In this document: positions 61,655 through 64,000 of the stretch, piece by piece
Layout of the letters: the number at the start of each line of letters is the position of its first letter
How positions within the stretch are numbered: the first letter of the stretch is position 1
Assembly: GCA_047921315.1 (NCBI GenBank)
Contig: JBLRWJ010000001.1
Location: forward strand, 46,791-110,790
Source: Rhodobacterales bacterium
GTDB taxonomy: Bacteria > Pseudomonadota > Alphaproteobacteria > Rhodobacterales > Rhodobacteraceae
Direction: 5' to 3'
Length of the DNA: 64,000 bases
Notes under the pieces: model-generated
Database searches by the model: none
What the model saw: only the letters and a program-made list of their open reading frames with translations
What the model was told of the DNA's origin: nothing
Translations under genes and position numbers: made by a program

Positions 61655-63043
61655 ATGGCCAAGGATTATATTGTGAAGGATATCGCGCTTGCTGGCTATG
61701 GCCGCAAGGAGCTTGATATTGCCGAGACTGAAATGCCCGGATTGATGGCATGCCGCGCTGAATATGGTGAAACCAAGCCGCTGACAGGCGCGCGGATTGT
61801 CGGGTCTTTGCACATGACGATCCAGACAGCGGTTCTGATTGAAACGCTTGTGGCGCTGGGCGCGGATGTGAGATGGGCATCATGCAATATCTTTTCCACG
61901 CAGGATCATGCCGCAGCGGCCATTGCTGCCGGCGGTACGCCAGTTTTTGCGATCAAGGGACAGACGCTGGAAGAGCATTGGGATTACCTTGATAGGTCAT
62001 TCATGTTCCCTGAAGGGGCGAATATGATCCTTGATGATGGCGGCGATGCGACGCTGTATGTCTTGCTGGGCGCGCGGGCGGAGGCGGGCGAAGACATTAT
62101 TGCGGTGCCGCAATCCGAGGAAGAAGAGGTCATCAAGGCGCAGATCAAAAAGCGCATGGCCGCAAGCCCCGGTTGGTTTACGAAAACACGCGATGCCATC
62201 AAGGGCGTATCTGAGGAAACGACGACCGGTGTGCATCGTCTTTATGATCTGCACAAGAAAGGCCTGCTGCCTTTCCCTGCGATCAACGTGAACGATTCGG
62301 TCACGAAGTCGAAATTTGACAACAAATATGGCTGTAAGGAATCATTGGTTGACGGTATCCGCCGCGCTACTGACACGATGATGGCGGGCAAAGTGGCTGT
62401 TGTGTGCGGCTATGGTGATGTGGGCAAAGGGTCAGCTGCATCGCTGCAGGGTGCTGGTGCCCGCGTCAAGGTGACCGAGGTTGATCCGATCTGTGCGTTG
62501 CAAGCCGCGATGGACGGGTTTGAGGTTGTACTGCTGGAAGATGTGGTTGGCACCGCTGACATCTTCATCACTACAACGGGCAACAAAGATGTTATCCGGA
62601 TCGAGCATATGCGCGCGATGAAGGATATGGCGATTGTCGGAAATATCGGCCATTTCGATAACGAGATTCAGGTTGCATCGCTCAAGAACCACAAATGGAC
62701 CAATATCAAAGAACAGGTTGATATGATTGAGATGCCTTCGGGCAACCGGATCATTCTGCTGTCCGAGGGCCGTCTGTTGAACCTTGGCAATGCCACTGGC
62801 CATCCGTCTTTTGTCATGTCGGCCAGCTTTACCAATCAGGTGTTGGCGCAGATCGAGCTGTGGACCAAGGGTGACGCGTATCAGCCCGGTGTGTACATCC
62901 TGCCCAAAGCTTTGGATGAGAAAGTGGCGCGGCTGCATCTGGACCGGATCGGCGTTAAGCTGACCAAGCTGGACGCGGAACAGGCGGCCTATATCGGCGT
63001 GACGCCGGAAGGTCCGTTCAAGCCCGAGCATTACCGCTACTGA
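61655..63043 (+). CDS. ahcY: adenosylhomocysteinase
   Basis: [51 protein letters not shown] loop [11 protein letters not shown], and the C-terminal KPEHYRY tail. Confidence 0.95.
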   Translation: MAKDYIVKDIALAGYGRKELDIAETEMPGLMACRAEYGETKPLTGARIVGSLHMTIQTAVLIETLVALGADVRWASCNIFSTQDHAAAAIAAGGTPVFAIKGQTLEEHWDYLDRSFMFPEGANMILDDGGDATLYVLLGARAEAGEDIIAVPQSEEEEVIKAQIKKRMAASPGWFTKTRDAIKGVSEETTTGVHRLYDLHKKGLLPFPAINVNDSVTKSKFDNKYGCKESLVDGIRRATDTMMAGKVAVVCGYGDVGKGSAASLQGAGARVKVTEVDPICALQAAMDGFEVVLLEDVVGTADIFITTTGNKDVIRIEHMRAMKDMAIVGNIGHFDNEIQVASLKNHKWTNIKEQVDMIEMPSGNRIILLSEGRLLNLGNATGHPSFVMSASFTNQVLAQIELWTKGDAYQPGVYILPKALDEKVARLHLDRIGVKLTKLDAEQAAYIGVTPEGPFKPEHYRY

Positions 63044-63067
63044 TCCGGTACCAATCTGTTCATGCAT

Positions 63068-63095
63068 GAGGGCCTGCCATTGGTGGGCCCTTTCA
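63068..63095 (+). terminator. possible ahcY terminator
   Basis: AGGGCC-(11 nt)-GGCCCT followed by only TTTC; a short stem and a weak T-run. Confidence 0.35.
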
Positions 63096-63193
63096 ACATG
63101 CGTGTTGAAAATCATTGTGTGCTTTGGAAGACTCGTTAACGTTCTGTCGGGGCTGGTCGTGCCGTCCAATGATTTGAAACGAGGGAGGTTGAA

Positions 63194-63535
63194 ATGGGAA
63201 AGCGTGATGATTTGATTGCTCGCTATGCGGATGATCTGAAGAATAAATGCGGCATGCAGCCAGATATGGATTTGCTGACCAAGGTTACAATAGGGTGCGG
63301 TCCTGCCATCTATAATGCGGATGCCTCGACCGTTGCCGCGACACAGGCAAGCGAGCTGGAAACCGTCAAGACGAATTTTCTGATCAAGAAGCTGGGCTTG
63401 CAGGATGATCCCAAGCTTATGGATGCGATCCACTCTGTTCTGGATACCTATGGTCAATCCGAGCGGAACAAATATCGTGCTGTGGTTTACTACATGCTTA
63501 CCAAGCATTTTGGAAAAGACTCTGTCTACAACTGA
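63194..63535 (+). CDS. DUF2853-family small protein
   Basis: MGKRDDLIARYADDLKNKCGMQPDMDLLTKVTIGCGPAIYN... matches my memory of the DUF2853 family. Strong RBS GAGGGAGG. Confidence 0.65.
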   Translation: MGKRDDLIARYADDLKNKCGMQPDMDLLTKVTIGCGPAIYNADASTVAATQASELETVKTNFLIKKLGLQDDPKLMDAIHSVLDTYGQSERNKYRAVVYYMLTKHFGKDSVYN

Positions 63536-63554
63536 ACGATGTTCATGCTGAAAC

Positions 63555-63588
63555 AAGCGCCCGCCGTTTTGGTGGGCGCTTTTGTTTA
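63555..63588 (+). terminator. intrinsic terminator after the DUF2853 gene
   Basis: AAGCGCCCGCC-gtttt-GGTGGGCGCTT (11-bp stem, one G:U pair) followed by TTGTTT. Confidence 0.75.
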
Positions 63589-63757
63589 TGAAAATTGCCA
63601 GCAATCGGAATTTGCGTAAAGGACGGTGCTCGGGTAATTATCGGATGACCGGGCCAGTATGGCCGGAACCTAATCCAGAAATCACGTGTGGTGTGTAGGG
63701 AGCACGTGGGGTAGCGGGGGGTTCTGGCTTTGAGTAGAGCCCCCCGCGTTTAGACCT

Positions 63758-64000
63758 TCAAGTCATGTCTGCCAATTCAAGGATAATATCCCACTCCTTG
63801 GTCGTGACGGGCTGAACAGAAAGACGGGAATTGCGCACAAGCACCATGTCTGTCAGGCGCGGATCATCCTTAACGTCTTGTAACGTAACAGGTTTCTTCA
63901 AAGGCTTGACCGCTTTGATATCAACACATTCCCAACGCTCATCGTCGGTCGTGCTATCGGGATGCGCTTGTTTGATAACCTCCACGATACCAACAATGGC
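63758..64000 (-). CDS. EVE (PUA-like) domain protein; N-terminus beyond the window edge
   Basis: C-terminal ...AIVGIVEVIKQAHPDSTTDDERWECVDIKAVKPLKKPVTLQDVKDDPRLTDMVLVRNSRLSVQPVTTKEWDIIL fits the EVE-domain C-terminal pattern. The reading frame stays open to position 64000. Confidence 0.7.
   Translation of the reverse strand, partial: AIVGIVEVIKQAHPDSTTDDERWECVDIKAVKPLKKPVTLQDVKDDPRLTDMVLVRNSRLSVQPVTTKEWDIILELADMT

Noticed and set aside
62432-63604. 390-aa minus-strand ORF opposite ahcY and the DUF2853 gene.
   Set aside because: It runs antisense through two genes, an intergenic region and two terminator hairpins, and carries no domain signature.
63683-63708. Two CACGTG hexamers considered as degenerate parS sites.
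   Set aside because: The flanks do not match TGTTTCACGTGAAACA; only the palindromic core is shared.
1-64000. Window-wide look for mobile elements, CRISPR arrays, defence islands, tRNA/rRNA genes and long direct repeats.
   Set aside because: I saw no transposase, integrase or phage-like ORFs, no spaced direct repeats, no tRNA-like cloverleaf candidates in the short intergenic gaps, and no compositionally foreign block other than the AT-rich origin gap. By-eye inspection cannot exclude short or degenerate repeats.

Overview
This window is an origin-proximal stretch of core chromosome from an alphaproteobacterium. It is most likely a Rhodobacterales (roseobacter-type) organism. The evidence is the regB / senC-regA redox locus, a NavAb-like sodium channel with a TLESWSM filter, alpha-type addB-addA, and the order secB-fxsA-tim44-mltA-smr-hslUV. 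About 65 tightly packed protein genes are present. Many are joined by 1-8 nt overlaps, and nearly all are recognisable housekeeping functions. I saw no rRNA, tRNA, CRISPR array, transposase, integrase or phage gene. The main landmark is a probable oriC at about 38.06-38.48 kb. It is the only long AT-rich gap, it carries DnaA boxes, and the flanking genes diverge from it. To its right lies hemJ-rho-mnmE-mnmG-rsmG-parA-parB, with two perfect 16-bp parS palindromes embedded in the 5' ends of mnmG and rsmG. I found no convincing evidence of a new multi-gene system, and the window reads as ordinary core genome. The modest points of interest are: a kinase-less multi-PAS (DivL-like) protein next to regB; a divergent Hpt / REC-PP2C pair beside regA; an internally deleted msrA remnant; a coupled class-IV aminotransferase + sulfotransferase-fold pair; an orphan KpsS/KpsC-like protein; and a 60-aa exported and anchored peptide. 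All product calls rest on motifs read by eye from the supplied translations, with no database search. Several start codons were moved inward from the ORF track.
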